A stretch of DNA of 64,000 nucleotides from Patescibacteria group bacterium (lineage in GTDB: Bacteria; Patescibacteriota; Minisyncoccia; Phycocordibacterales; UBA12445): NCBI GenBank assembly GCA_003504275.1, contig DOAO01000014.1:8889-72888 (forward strand), read 5' to 3'. The translations under genes and the position numbers were made by a program. The notes under the pieces are model-generated. The model was not told the origin of the DNA. It made no database searches and was given only the letters and a program-made list of their open reading frames with translations. Of the stretch, positions 47,884-57,279 are shown one piece after another (position 1 is the stretch's first letter; each line of letters begins with the position of its first letter).

Positions 47884-47924
47884 TCATTGCGAGGTCGACG
47901 GAATAGTCGTCGACCTCGCAATGA
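47884..47924. repeat. minimal palindromic element with the family TIR
   Basis: gtcattgcgaggtcgacggaatagtcgtcgacctcgcaatgac. Confidence 0.75.
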
Positions 47925-47950
47925 CGGCAAACCCAAAGAGATGGCTAATT

Positions 47951-49282
47951 TTATTTTTTAAATTTCTCAAGAGCTAGTGCGAGAATCTCTTCTTCCGCCA
48001 CCCTCTTATCACTCCAAGGAATTTTATTTCCTTTTGCTTTCATTATGAATGGGTCAGTTCCTTTACCTGTGATTATTACAGCATCTCCAGCTTTTGCAGA
48101 TCTGATTGCCTCTCTGATTGCCTCTCTTCTATCCAAGATAATTTTTGGTTTATGATCTTTCATTCCTCCCGCTACGCATTTTATGATTTCCTCTGAGTCA
48201 TCGTCGTATGGGTCTTCGTCTGTGAGAATTATTTCGTCGCAATTTTTGTCGGCGACTTCTCCCATGAGTGGTCTCTTCCATTTATCTCTTCCTCCACCAC
48301 AGCTTCCGAGAACGCAAATTTTTCTGTCGTCTTTAAAAATTTTATAAACTTTTTCTAAAGAATCTGCAGTGTGTGCGTAGTCGACTATAACTGAAAAGTC
48401 AGGAAAAATTCCGTTACCTAAAGTTTTATTATTATCTTCTGTTTTGAATTTGCTTAAATCTATTTCTACTTTTTCCAATCTTCCGGGAATGAATTTTAAT
48501 TTTTCGATTGCTTTTTTAATTGTTTCTGTTTTTATTCCCTGGCTTTGTGCGAATTTTGCAGCAGCCAAAATATTATAAATATTGAATTCTCCCGGTAAAT
48601 AAGTTTGAACTCTTGTTCCGAACAAATTTATCACAGAACCTTCTTTGGCTAGAGTGAACGGCTCCGCTTCTTTTATGGAGTAGGTGATTTTGTTTGGTAC
48701 ATTTATTGCCATAAACTTCTCGGCTTTTTCATCATCTTTGTTTGCGATAATTATCTTGCTTGACTTCTGCGAATGTTCGAGCCTTTTTGCTATCTGAAGT
48801 TTTGCCCCTAAATATTTTTCAAAAGAACCATGAGACTCGATGTGCTCGGGGGAGATGTTCGTGAATATTAGCGCATTCATGTCGACAAACCTGTGCCTAT
48901 AATTTTTTGCACCTTCTGACGTCATCTCTATTATCGCGTAATCGCATTTTTTAATGACGGCATCACGTAGGAATTTTTGAACAAAGAATCTTCCCGGCAT
49001 TGTCATCTTCAGCATATTCGGACGCGATTCGTTTCCAATTTTAAATCTGACGGTCGATAATATCGCTGTTTTGTATCCGGCCTCCTCCAGGATGGCGTTT
49101 AGTATTTCCGCTGTAGATGATTTTCCTTTTGTGCCGGTTATCCCGATAACAAATATTTCTCTAGAAGGTTTGCTGTATACTATATTTCCTGTAAGGGATA
49201 GTAAGAAGTGGTAAATAGGTACTAATTTATCAAAGGCAGATCTGGGAATTATGCTTTTTATTTTGTTTAGTGTTTTTTCCAT
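47951..49282 (-). CDS. Mur ligase family protein (MurE-like)
   Basis: ATP-binding GITGTKGKSST, DYAHTADSLEKV, GGGRDKWKR. Confidence 0.6.
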   Translation of the reverse strand: MEKTLNKIKSIIPRSAFDKLVPIYHFLLSLTGNIVYSKPSREIFVIGITGTKGKSSTAEILNAILEEAGYKTAILSTVRFKIGNESRPNMLKMTMPGRFFVQKFLRDAVIKKCDYAIIEMTSEGAKNYRHRFVDMNALIFTNISPEHIESHGSFEKYLGAKLQIAKRLEHSQKSSKIIIANKDDEKAEKFMAINVPNKITYSIKEAEPFTLAKEGSVINLFGTRVQTYLPGEFNIYNILAAAKFAQSQGIKTETIKKAIEKLKFIPGRLEKVEIDLSKFKTEDNNKTLGNGIFPDFSVIVDYAHTADSLEKVYKIFKDDRKICVLGSCGGGRDKWKRPLMGEVADKNCDEIILTDEDPYDDDSEEIIKCVAGGMKDHKPKIILDRREAIREAIRSAKAGDAVIITGKGTDPFIMKAKGNKIPWSDKRVAEEEILALALEKFKK

Positions 49283-49333
49283 AATATATATTTACTGAAT
49301 CCTCGATCTGGTCGGGGATGACATTAAAAAATG

Positions 49334-49909
49334 TTACTTTCCTAATTCCTTTAACGCCCACTTCACTCTCTGTGATAATCCTTTTAATTCCGTCGGCATA
49401 TTTTTAATTGCCTTTCTCGCATCATTTGCAGTGTAGCCAAGAGACTTGATAGCCATAATAATATCAGATTCTTCTTTAAGGAATTCTCCGTCGCCGTCTT
49501 CTCCTTCTCTCATTTTATCTTTAAGTTCCAAAACAATTTTCTCAGCATTTTTAGCTCCAATACCCGAGACCTGTGTTAGATAAGAAATATCTTTCGAGGC
49601 GATAGCTTTTTTGAGGGTTTGGGTGGGGGCGATGGACATTATTCCAAGAGCTTTCTTCGGCCCGATACCAGAGACGGAAATAATTTTCTCGAAGAAATCT
49701 AGGTCATTTCTGTCCTCGAAGCCATAAAGGTCGAGTGCGTCCTCTTTAACCGAAAGATAAGTAAAAAGTGAAACCGTTTTGGTTTCTTCTTTCTCAAACT
49801 GGAAAAGCAGGTCTTTTGTAACCGCCACCTTAAAGCCAATGCCCGAAACGTTTATTATTACGAATTTGTCGCCAATATGAGATAATTTACCTTCAATTTG
49901 AGATATCAT
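49334..49909 (-). CDS. ruvA: Holliday junction DNA helicase RuvA
   Basis: N-terminal OB fold (IEGKL..VIINVSGIGF), HhH motifs, C-terminal domain. Confidence 0.8.
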   Translation of the reverse strand: MISQIEGKLSHIGDKFVIINVSGIGFKVAVTKDLLFQFEKEETKTVSLFTYLSVKEDALDLYGFEDRNDLDFFEKIISVSGIGPKKALGIMSIAPTQTLKKAIASKDISYLTQVSGIGAKNAEKIVLELKDKMREGEDGDGEFLKEESDIIMAIKSLGYTANDARKAIKNMPTELKGLSQRVKWALKELGK

Positions 49910-50074
49910 TTGAAAAAGAATTATGAATTAAGAATTATGAGTTAAGAATACCAAAGCTAGGCTAATATTGCGAGTGGTTACAAAGTCTTGCTTTTTTAGA
50001 TATATTGATGTAGTATTTATCTCGCAGTAAATTTTTGGCGTAATTCTTTATTCATAATTCATTATTCTTAAAGT

Positions 50075-50344
50075 ATGGCAATAACAAAGTCAGCAAAGAA
50101 AGCAGCAAGAGGATCTCTAAGAAAGAGAGTCTTCAACCTAAGGAGAGCGGGAGCCATGAGATCTTCTATAAAGGATGTCAGAAAGTTAGTTGTGGCTAAA
50201 AATATTGACGAAGCCAAAAAGAACTTGTCAGAGGCTTACAAAGCAATAGACAAGGCTATGAAGAAGGGGGTTATAAAGAAAAATACAGCTGCCAGAAAGA
50301 AATCAAGACTTGCACAGCTCGTCAAGAAGGCTTCAGTAAAATAA
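50075..50344 (+). CDS. rpsT: 30S ribosomal protein S20
   Basis: 89-aa basic helical protein with KSAKKA...RKRV and TAARKKSRL. Confidence 0.85.
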   Translation: MAITKSAKKAARGSLRKRVFNLRRAGAMRSSIKDVRKLVVAKNIDEAKKNLSEAYKAIDKAMKKGVIKKNTAARKKSRLAQLVKKASVK

Positions 50345-50352
50345 CAAATTTA

Positions 50353-50385
50353 AAAACACCTTATCAAACGATAAGGTGTTTTTTA
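50353..50385. terminator. bidirectional intrinsic terminator
   Basis: aacaccttatc-aaac-gataaggtgtt with flanking A-run and T-run. Confidence 0.7.
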
Positions 50386-50841
50386 TTTGGTAATCTCCCA
50401 GCTTATGTCTCTTTCATCCCGACTGATCTCTCTGAAACCTACGGATTTGTTTAATTTTATAACAGGCTCATTTCTAGGATCGGTAGAGGCCGTCATTCTC
50501 TTGAGGCCGAGTTCTTTGAATCCATAATCTATTAAATATTTTAGAGATATTTTTCCTATACCTTTACCGCGATAGTCATCTTCGCCAATCATAATAAATG
50601 CAACCGCTTCTTTATCTATGTCGGAGAGCCCCATGAAACCTATCGGTTTTTCATCGTCGAAAATTGTAAAGAATTTTTTGTAAGGATTTTGTTCGTATCT
50701 ATCATACCAAACGGTTTGCTCTTCAGTAGTCGTTTCGTGTTCTGGATTTTCAATAGCGTATTTGTTTGCTTCGCGATTGTTAAGCCACTTAACTCTAAGC
50801 GGTATTTCTTCTCTTGAGTGTGGTTTGAACGAAATTATCAT
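50383..50841 (-). CDS. GNAT-family N-acetyltransferase
   Basis: acetyl-CoA motif RGKGIGKISL; start trimmed to the Met at 50841 because the track's N-terminal extension translates across a tRNA gene. Confidence 0.6.
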   Translation of the reverse strand: MIISFKPHSREEIPLRVKWLNNREANKYAIENPEHETTTEEQTVWYDRYEQNPYKKFFTIFDDEKPIGFMGLSDIDKEAVAFIMIGEDDYRGKGIGKISLKYLIDYGFKELGLKRMTASTDPRNEPVIKLNKSVGFREISRDERDISWEITK

Positions 50842-50923
50842 TATTGAGAGCGTTGTGGTGTTTAGGGTAGGGAATCTCGCCCGAACACATTTTTTATATA
50901 AACTCTTGTTTAATATCCCTTCG

Positions 50924-50997
50924 GCAGGAATCGAACCTGCATCAGAAGCTCCGCAAGCTCCTATTCTATCCATTAAACTACGAAGGGACTTGGTTTT
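50924..50997 (-). tRNA. tRNA-Arg (anticodon GCG, probable)
   Basis: reverse complement TCCCTTCGTAGTTTAATGGATAGAATAGGAGCTTGCGGAGCTTCTGATGCAGGTTCGATTCCTGCCGAAGGGAT; perfect acceptor and T-arm, anticodon loop TTGCGGA; D-stem has one mismatch. Confidence 0.6.
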
Positions 50998-51044
50998 ACT
51001 ACACAATAGGATTCTCTCTTTTTCTATCTTGATCAAAAAATGTG

Positions 51045-51135
51045 AGTGGGCAAACCTACATCAGGAGATTATAAGTCTTCTGTTCCCCGCCCGACTGAAT
51101 GGCTTCAGCCGTTCGGGCGGGTATCCATTAAACTA
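51045..51135 (-). pseudogene. degenerate tRNA-like sequence with embedded GC-rich hairpin
   Basis: shares 5' half CTCGTAGTTTAATGGATA and TGATG.AGGTT with the adjacent tRNA-Arg but lacks a T-arm; carries the cccgcccgactgaatggcttcagccgttcgggcggg palindrome. Confidence 0.35.
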
Positions 51136-51189
51136 CGAGAGGTGTTTTGAAAATAGCACAAAAGGGGAAAAATAAAAAGTTTATTGTTT

Positions 51190-51327
51190 GTCTTTGCGAG
51201 TGAAACTAAGCCGTCTACAGGTCTGCCTGTCCGGTAGGCAGGTGTCGATGTGAATTCCATCGACCAACCCAGAGACCACTTCAAGTAAATCCTGGATTGC
51301 CACGGGCTTCGCCCTCGCAAAGACGGT
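51190..51327. repeat. composite palindromic element (TIR GTCTTTGCGAG...CTCGCAAAGAC enclosing module C and the ctggattgccacggg module)
   Basis: gtctttgcgagtgaaactaagccgtctacaggtctgcctgtccggtaggcaggtgtcgatgtgaattccatcgac...cctggattgccacgggcttcgccctcgcaaagacgg. Confidence 0.75.
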
Positions 51328-51368
51328 AGCGAATGGATGACGGAAATTAGGAAATATGTAGATTATGA

Positions 51369-51878
51369 TTAAAAGCCAATATACTCAGAAATAATATCCG
51401 ACATGGCCTTCTCGTGATATTCTTCTTGAATATATCTTGATAGATAATCTTTAACTAATTCCACATCAACATCTCCTAGTGGAATTATTATTTGTGGCAA
51501 AAAGGCGCGGTCTGATTTTATTGAGAGTTCGTTGATTTGAGTTATCTCTCCATCTGCTTCGTATATCCAAAAAGATTCAATTCTTCCATAAGGATAAATT
51601 GTGTTCTTAATGATTACTCCTCTCGGGGTTAACCTCACGCGGACATGACTAGGACCTTTTATTTTGAACATTATCATTGTGATTCCTGCCATGAGGGAGA
51701 ATGCTCCAAAAACAACGTTGTTATAATAAAAAGAAGTAGCAGAGGCGATTATCGCAATGAGTCCAACTGCCCAATACCAATCGTTGCTGACCGGCTTGTG
51801 CTCATACTCAAAAGTTTCCCATGATATTTCCGTGGTGCCTCTTATAGGATTTAAAATTTCTGTTTCATTATTATTCAT
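51369..51878 (-). CDS. membrane protein (two TM plus PH-like C-terminal domain?)
   Basis: 169 aa with two adjacent hydrophobic helices. Confidence 0.4.
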   Translation of the reverse strand: MNNNETEILNPIRGTTEISWETFEYEHKPVSNDWYWAVGLIAIIASATSFYYNNVVFGAFSLMAGITMIMFKIKGPSHVRVRLTPRGVIIKNTIYPYGRIESFWIYEADGEITQINELSIKSDRAFLPQIIIPLGDVDVELVKDYLSRYIQEEYHEKAMSDIISEYIGF

Positions 51879-52177
51879 CCCATTAGAAGCAGGTCGCGTT
51901 CGCGCCTACTAAAATTAATTTATTAAAAATATTGAGACCTTTTTTCATAATTAACCATACTTAAGAAAATTAACAGCGAACACGGCTTCTAGCGGGACAG
52001 GTTATTAAATTATAACATCCCATTAAAAGTTCCACAAAATTATGTGGTCTGTTTTTGTTTATCCGCGAAGCGCCTTCGGCTCCTGTAGTGAGTATGTTGT
52101 CTTTAATTTACAAACTTTTAACGGGACAGGCACCCCCTTTAACTTTTGTATCGTTTTTGCTAGTATCCTTAAATGTT

Positions 52178-52267
52178 GGAAGGGTGGCAGAGCGGTCGAT
52201 TGCACCAGTCTTGAAAACTGGAGTCTCCGCAAGGGGACCGTGAGTTCGAATCTCACCCCTTCCGCCA
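52178..52267 (+). tRNA. tRNA-Ser (anticodon TGA), CCA encoded
   Basis: GGAAGGGTGGCAGAGCGGTCGATTGCACCAGTCTTGAAAACTGGAGTCTCCGCAAGGGGACCGTGAGTTCGAATCTCACCCCTTCCGCCA; long variable arm, perfect acceptor. Confidence 0.9.
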
Positions 52268-52356
52268 AGACAATTTATTATCGGAGTCAACTCATTTGTC
52301 TATGACGAATGTGCGACCCGAGTGCCTAAGTTGGACGAGTTTAACCTATCATTAAT

Positions 52357-53025
52357 ATGAATTCCAGAATTCGTGAAGCAATATATAGCATAGGCGAAAG
52401 ACTAACAACAGATAGTTCATATTCAAAATATGATGATTTGGAATGTAATTTATCTGAGGGCATTATTCCAAGAGGATTAATGTATGAAGAGGATAATCGA
52501 AATGTTGATGCAGTAGGATGTGTTATGGTTGGCCTTAACCCAGGCAAGGCAACTAAAAAAGAGCAAGATTTTTTTAAATCCGAACCACTTTCTTACGAAA
52601 GATTTTTGTTGTATTGGAAAGAAAACGTACTTCAACATCCTTACTACAAACGACTTAGAAAACTTGCTGATGAGCTAGAGTTCGACGGTCCTATCCTATG
52701 GACTGAACTTGTGAAATGCCAAGGCAAAGAAAATGGACAATTGACCGTGCAGACAATTAGAGATGATATCAATAAATATCTTTTTCCCGAGTTAGAGAAT
52801 ATTCCTGCTAATTGGCCATTATTCGGAATTGGCAACCAAGCTTTTGAAATATTGAGTTATCGTTTCCCCGATAGATTAGTTTTAGGAATTCCGCATCCGA
52901 CAGGGTCATATGGACTATTTCCAAAATTATTTGAAGGTCAAAAAATAAGACAGGATATTTTTAACCATACCAAGAAGATTTTAACATCTAAAGAAAAAAT
53001 TGCCGTAAAATTAGGTAAGTTTTAA
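52357..53025 (+). CDS. hypothetical protein with faint UDG-superfamily-like motifs
   Basis: GLNPGKATKKEQ (resembles UDG motif A GxxPGxxE) and GIPHPTGSYG (resembles motif B HPSP) at appropriate spacing. Confidence 0.3.
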   Translation: MNSRIREAIYSIGERLTTDSSYSKYDDLECNLSEGIIPRGLMYEEDNRNVDAVGCVMVGLNPGKATKKEQDFFKSEPLSYERFLLYWKENVLQHPYYKRLRKLADELEFDGPILWTELVKCQGKENGQLTVQTIRDDINKYLFPELENIPANWPLFGIGNQAFEILSYRFPDRLVLGIPHPTGSYGLFPKLFEGQKIRQDIFNHTKKILTSKEKIAVKLGKF

Positions 53026-53076
53026 TTAGTATCGCTATAAAAATAATAAATAAAAACGACAACTTTGCTGTTGTTT

Positions 53077-54075
53077 TTATTTTGTCCAAAGAACCTCGTA
53101 TTTAAACCCTACATGTTTTTCAGATTCCTGTCTTCTGTCTTCTGGTACCGACACTACAATTCTTTTATCTCCTGCAAACGGCTCAGCATGCAGGTTGCAT
53201 AGATAAACCATCAATAGTTCAAAAATTGTTAACAAACTTAGAGTTGTTGATTCCATAAAGACAGCAATCTGCATTTTAGATAGATTATATTCCTTACCCT
53301 TGTACGATATGGAGGGTAGATCAATGTTGTTCGTAAGATTTAATTTATAATTTTCTACCGTAAAAACATCGTCCCGCAATTCACCGTATGGATGTTCTAT
53401 TTTGTTTCGTATTGTGCGAGTTTTTTCCGTAAATTTTTTAAATGTTTGAATGAAAATAGTAAAAGGATCATCATCGCCCAATTCGGTTTTGATTGTTTTA
53501 CACAAAAGTTCTTCCCACCCTTTCCCTTTAACGTCTGGATAAAATAAGTTGGTAATTTCCATGATTGATCTCATTGCATGATCGGTATTTGAGATGAACC
53601 CCTTTACCTTTTGTTCCAAGTTTGGAAGCGCTGGTATTTGAAGACTCTTTCCTTGCGAAGAGATACTAGAGGTTATGCTTTCTTCTTCAGCTATATATTC
53701 GTCCTTTAGTTTATCTAGCGCAGTAATTTCTCTCAAGAAAGAAAGTGAAATACTTATGCCTTTATTATGATCTACACTTTTGGGTAGGGTATGTTCTTTA
53801 AATAGAAAACTAGCTTGTTGAAATGTTCTGCCAACAAATTCATTATCCGAACCATATGGAAGTATGTGCTGTACATTGTGGTCTATATTTGGGTTTGTTC
53901 TCTGTGGGTCAACTGAATCAGCCATTAAAACCATGCGGATATTCTTTCTGGTAATACACATAAGTTGGTCATCTACTCCCACAAGAGCAGATAAGTTGTC
54001 GCCAACTTCTGATCCAACATTAAAAGCACCCCCTTGGGAACGGTATGCAAATGGATCGTTATTACCTGAGTTCAT
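53077..54075 (-). CDS. hypothetical protein (island cargo)
   Basis: 332-aa ORF co-oriented downstream of the recombinase. Confidence 0.4.
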   Translation of the reverse strand: MNSGNNDPFAYRSQGGAFNVGSEVGDNLSALVGVDDQLMCITRKNIRMVLMADSVDPQRTNPNIDHNVQHILPYGSDNEFVGRTFQQASFLFKEHTLPKSVDHNKGISISLSFLREITALDKLKDEYIAEEESITSSISSQGKSLQIPALPNLEQKVKGFISNTDHAMRSIMEITNLFYPDVKGKGWEELLCKTIKTELGDDDPFTIFIQTFKKFTEKTRTIRNKIEHPYGELRDDVFTVENYKLNLTNNIDLPSISYKGKEYNLSKMQIAVFMESTTLSLLTIFELLMVYLCNLHAEPFAGDKRIVVSVPEDRRQESEKHVGFKYEVLWTK

Positions 54076-54099
54076 AAACTTATTATAACAATTTTTTAT

Positions 54100-55422
54100 C
54101 TAATCCATGAAGGTTAATCCTTTATCTTTGTAAATTATTCTCGATCTTAGATTCGCCAGTAATTCTCTTTTTTCGCCAACCGTACCCTCTTTGAGGATAT
54201 ACTTGGCGAAATTTCTTATATCAGTATCCTGATTGTTTTTAATCTTTTCTGTTGCACCAAGCACTGATCTTTGGAAGATGTTAAATCTCGCAATTTCATC
54301 CTCCAGTTTCTGTCTCATACCCAACTCATTGATATTTACCTTGTCCAATATCTTGAGTAGTTCAGTTATCAAATCTTCTTCGCGTATATAATGATTCTTG
54401 CAGTTTCTATCTCTCGCTCTGCTACATGAATAGTAGATGTATTTAGCGTGCGTTCCATCCTTGAGCTGTTTCCACTTTTCCTCGGCAGATATTCCGCTTC
54501 CACAATATCCGCAAGTAAATAATTTAGTAAATGCGAATTCTCTATTTTCTCTTTGTATATTATCTCGTTTCAGTTGCGCCTGAGCTTTTTCAAATAGTTC
54601 TTGTGTAATTAATGGCTCGTGTTTCCCTTGATACCAATTACCGCTACCTTTCGGTGATTCAAATGTTCCGTAGTAAAAATGGCTTTCCAGTATCCGATAC
54701 ACACCAGCAAGTGTTAGTGGTTTGTTTCCTCTTGTGTAAAAATTGGCTTCAAATCGAAGCCAATTGTATATCTTTCTACCACTTAGTTTTTCGTATGCCA
54801 CTTTTTCAAATATCTTTTTAATCACTGGCGCTCTTTGCGGATCAACTATTACTTGGCATTTCTTATCCATGTGTTTTTGATTCAGGTATCCAAGCGGTGC
54901 TACGCCCGGCCATAATCCCATTTCAACTCTCGTTCGTAGTCCACGCTTCACGTTTACACCCCTGTTATCATTCTCAAGTTTTGCTTGTGATCCGAGAATC
55001 ATCAGCAAGAATTTTTCGTTTGGATTGTTTGAAAACTTTTGACCGAATGTTCTTATTTCTTGGAGAAGTCCTGCATCCATTAAGTCCACGATCTTGCCGA
55101 GGTCACCAGCATTTCTACTGATACGATCGGGTGCCCATGTGAGAATAGCGTTATACTTTTTGGCTCGTATTTCATCTACAATTTCGTTAAAGACTGGTCT
55201 TTGCCCAGTTTCCTTAGCTGAATGACTTTCTCGCTTCATACAAACTACCTCTAAACATTCTCGCTCGGCAAGCTGAAGCATCTCTTTTATCTGCGAATCT
55301 ATGGAAAGTATCTGTCTTTCCTCGGATTCTGTTGATTTACGGGCATATAGGCAATACCTGACTTTGACCGCTTGAGGCTGTATTTGGGGCACCTCATAAC
55401 CTTTTGGGGCTGTTATTTTCAT
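54100..55422 (-). CDS. large serine recombinase (resolvase/integrase family)
   Basis: N-terminal resolvase motif YARKSTESEERQILSIDSQ (catalytic Ser), recombinase domain, Cys-rich zinc ribbon (CGYCGS...CSRARDRNC). Confidence 0.8.
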   Translation of the reverse strand: MKITAPKGYEVPQIQPQAVKVRYCLYARKSTESEERQILSIDSQIKEMLQLAERECLEVVCMKRESHSAKETGQRPVFNEIVDEIRAKKYNAILTWAPDRISRNAGDLGKIVDLMDAGLLQEIRTFGQKFSNNPNEKFLLMILGSQAKLENDNRGVNVKRGLRTRVEMGLWPGVAPLGYLNQKHMDKKCQVIVDPQRAPVIKKIFEKVAYEKLSGRKIYNWLRFEANFYTRGNKPLTLAGVYRILESHFYYGTFESPKGSGNWYQGKHEPLITQELFEKAQAQLKRDNIQRENREFAFTKLFTCGYCGSGISAEEKWKQLKDGTHAKYIYYSCSRARDRNCKNHYIREEDLITELLKILDKVNINELGMRQKLEDEIARFNIFQRSVLGATEKIKNNQDTDIRNFAKYILKEGTVGEKRELLANLRSRIIYKDKGLTFMD

Positions 55423-55532
55423 ATATCTAATGAATGACGCAACTCGCCTCAGGAGTCCAGAGCGTCCCGAGTAGATAAGCTGTAGATAAGTAAATTACCC
55501 ATATTATACGGCTTAAGCTACTATACAGACCT

Positions 55533-57278
55533 ATGAAAACCTATGAACATTTGACATTATATTTGGAGTCTGATAGACTTGTATTAAACAATATGAGAAA
55601 AGACATACAAGAAAAACTAAAAGGAATGCTGGAGTTACTCTCTATCGGTCAGGTAGCAGAGATTTTTAGCATTCACCAAGACACTTTAAGAAACTGGGAG
55701 AAAGACGGCACCCTCGTTCCCCTTAGAGTTGGCCCACGCAAAGATCGCAAATATCGTCCGCAAGATATTCAAGCGATCGTGGACAAAATGGGTAGCAAAT
55801 TAACCCTGCCCCAACTTGAAGCTTTCCTTTGGAAGAGTGCAGATATTCTTCGAGGGAAAATTGATAGTTCGGATTATAAAAAATATATCTTCGGTCTTTT
55901 GTTTTATAAACGAATGAGTGATGTGTGGGATGAAGAATACGAATCAGTAATGAAAGGATATAACGATAAGATAATCGCTGGCGCCGACTATAATCACCGT
56001 TTTCAAGTTCCAAAGGATTGCAAATGGGCAGTTGTTACTGAACAAGCAGAAAGTATCGGTCAAAAGTTAAATGATATTTTTGAAAAACTCGCCAATGCCA
56101 ATAGTCCAAAGTTGGACAGAATCTTTGATGATCTTGATTTTTCAAATAGAGATCGTTTTCCAAATGAAACACTCCAAAGACTTATTAACCACTTTTCTCA
56201 ATATAATTTTGGTAATACCTATATCAGCTCCGATCTCTTGGGTGATGCTTACGAATATCTCATCAAACAATTCGCGGCAGATGCAGGGAAAAAAGGTGGG
56301 GAGTTCTACACGCCTCGTGAAGTTGAAAAAGTTATTATCGGAATTTTAAAACCCCACCAGAAAGATCATATATATGATCCAACTGCTGGATCAGGGGGCT
56401 TCCTGCTTGAAGCATATGATTACTTAAAACATAAATCTGGTGAAAAGATTGCCAAAACACTCTATCTTTATGGGCAAGAATTAAATATCAGTACTTTTGC
56501 CATCGCAAAAATTAATATGTTTTTACATGGTCTTGATAGTGCTGACATTCGCCGTGGCGACACACTCGCTAATCCGCAGTTTCTAACACAAAATGGCAAT
56601 CTACAAACATTCGACATCGCGGTCGCAAATCCTCCCTACTCAATTAAAGATTGGGAGTCAGAAATTTTCAGAACAAACAAATATGGACGACTTGAGGGAT
56701 ACGATATGCCTCCTGAAAAAAATGCGGATTACGCTTTTGTTTTGCATATCATTAAATCAATGAACGTAAACGGCAGGGCTGGTATTGTACTTCCTCATGG
56801 GGTTCTATTCCGAGGCGGTGCTGAGGGGCGTATTCGTGAGCAGATTCTTAAAAACGATCTTATTGAAGCCGTTATCGCTTTGCCAGCTAAACTTTTCTAT
56901 GGCACAGGCATTCCAGCCGCGGTTTTGATTCTTAATAAAAATAAACCAGAAAATAAGAAAAATAAGGTTTTGATTATTGATGCTGAGAAAGACTTCCTTG
57001 AGGGTAAAAATCAAAACTCTCTTAGGTCACAGGATATAAATAAAATTGTAAAAGCATATGATGTTTATTCTGATATCGAAAAATATGCACGGGTAGTTGA
57101 TATAAAAGAAATTACTGAGAATAACTATGATTTAAATATTAATCGATACATTGACACTTCTGAACAGGAAGAGGTAATCGATGTTAAATCTGCGTGGGAT
57201 GATTTAAAGAAACTAGAAAAAGAGCGTGAGACAATAAATAAAAAAGTCGACGGATTTCTTAAGGAATTAAATTATTAA
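55533..57278 (+). CDS. hsdM: type I restriction-modification N6-adenine DNA methyltransferase HsdM with N-terminal MerR/excisionase-like HTH extension
   Basis: HsdM_N pattern LEAFLWKSADILRGKID from residue ~86, SAM motif DPTAGSGGFL, catalytic NPPYS; residues 1-85 form an HTH (IGQVAEIFSIHQDTLRNWEKDGTL). Confidence 0.85.
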   Translation: MKTYEHLTLYLESDRLVLNNMRKDIQEKLKGMLELLSIGQVAEIFSIHQDTLRNWEKDGTLVPLRVGPRKDRKYRPQDIQAIVDKMGSKLTLPQLEAFLWKSADILRGKIDSSDYKKYIFGLLFYKRMSDVWDEEYESVMKGYNDKIIAGADYNHRFQVPKDCKWAVVTEQAESIGQKLNDIFEKLANANSPKLDRIFDDLDFSNRDRFPNETLQRLINHFSQYNFGNTYISSDLLGDAYEYLIKQFAADAGKKGGEFYTPREVEKVIIGILKPHQKDHIYDPTAGSGGFLLEAYDYLKHKSGEKIAKTLYLYGQELNISTFAIAKINMFLHGLDSADIRRGDTLANPQFLTQNGNLQTFDIAVANPPYSIKDWESEIFRTNKYGRLEGYDMPPEKNADYAFVLHIIKSMNVNGRAGIVLPHGVLFRGGAEGRIREQILKNDLIEAVIALPAKLFYGTGIPAAVLILNKNKPENKKNKVLIIDAEKDFLEGKNQNSLRSQDINKIVKAYDVYSDIEKYARVVDIKEITENNYDLNINRYIDTSEQEEVIDVKSAWDDLKKLEKERETINKKVDGFLKELNY

Positions 57279-57279
57279 T

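Noticed and set aside
49970-50040. ttgcgag...ctcgcag near the rpsT promoter as another copy of the repeat family
   Set aside because: Only 7-bp partial matches to the TIR with an unrelated interior. Treated as a possible relic, not counted.
50842-51036. N-terminal 65 residues of the track's 217-aa GNAT ORF
   Set aside because: The extension reads across tRNA-Arg (50924-50997). The GNAT fold begins at the internal Met (50841).
14689-51327. Recurring ~40-90-bp repeats considered as a CRISPR array
   Set aside because: Copies are dispersed kilobases apart rather than regularly spaced with unique spacers. Each is an internal palindrome with TIRs, and no cas genes are present.
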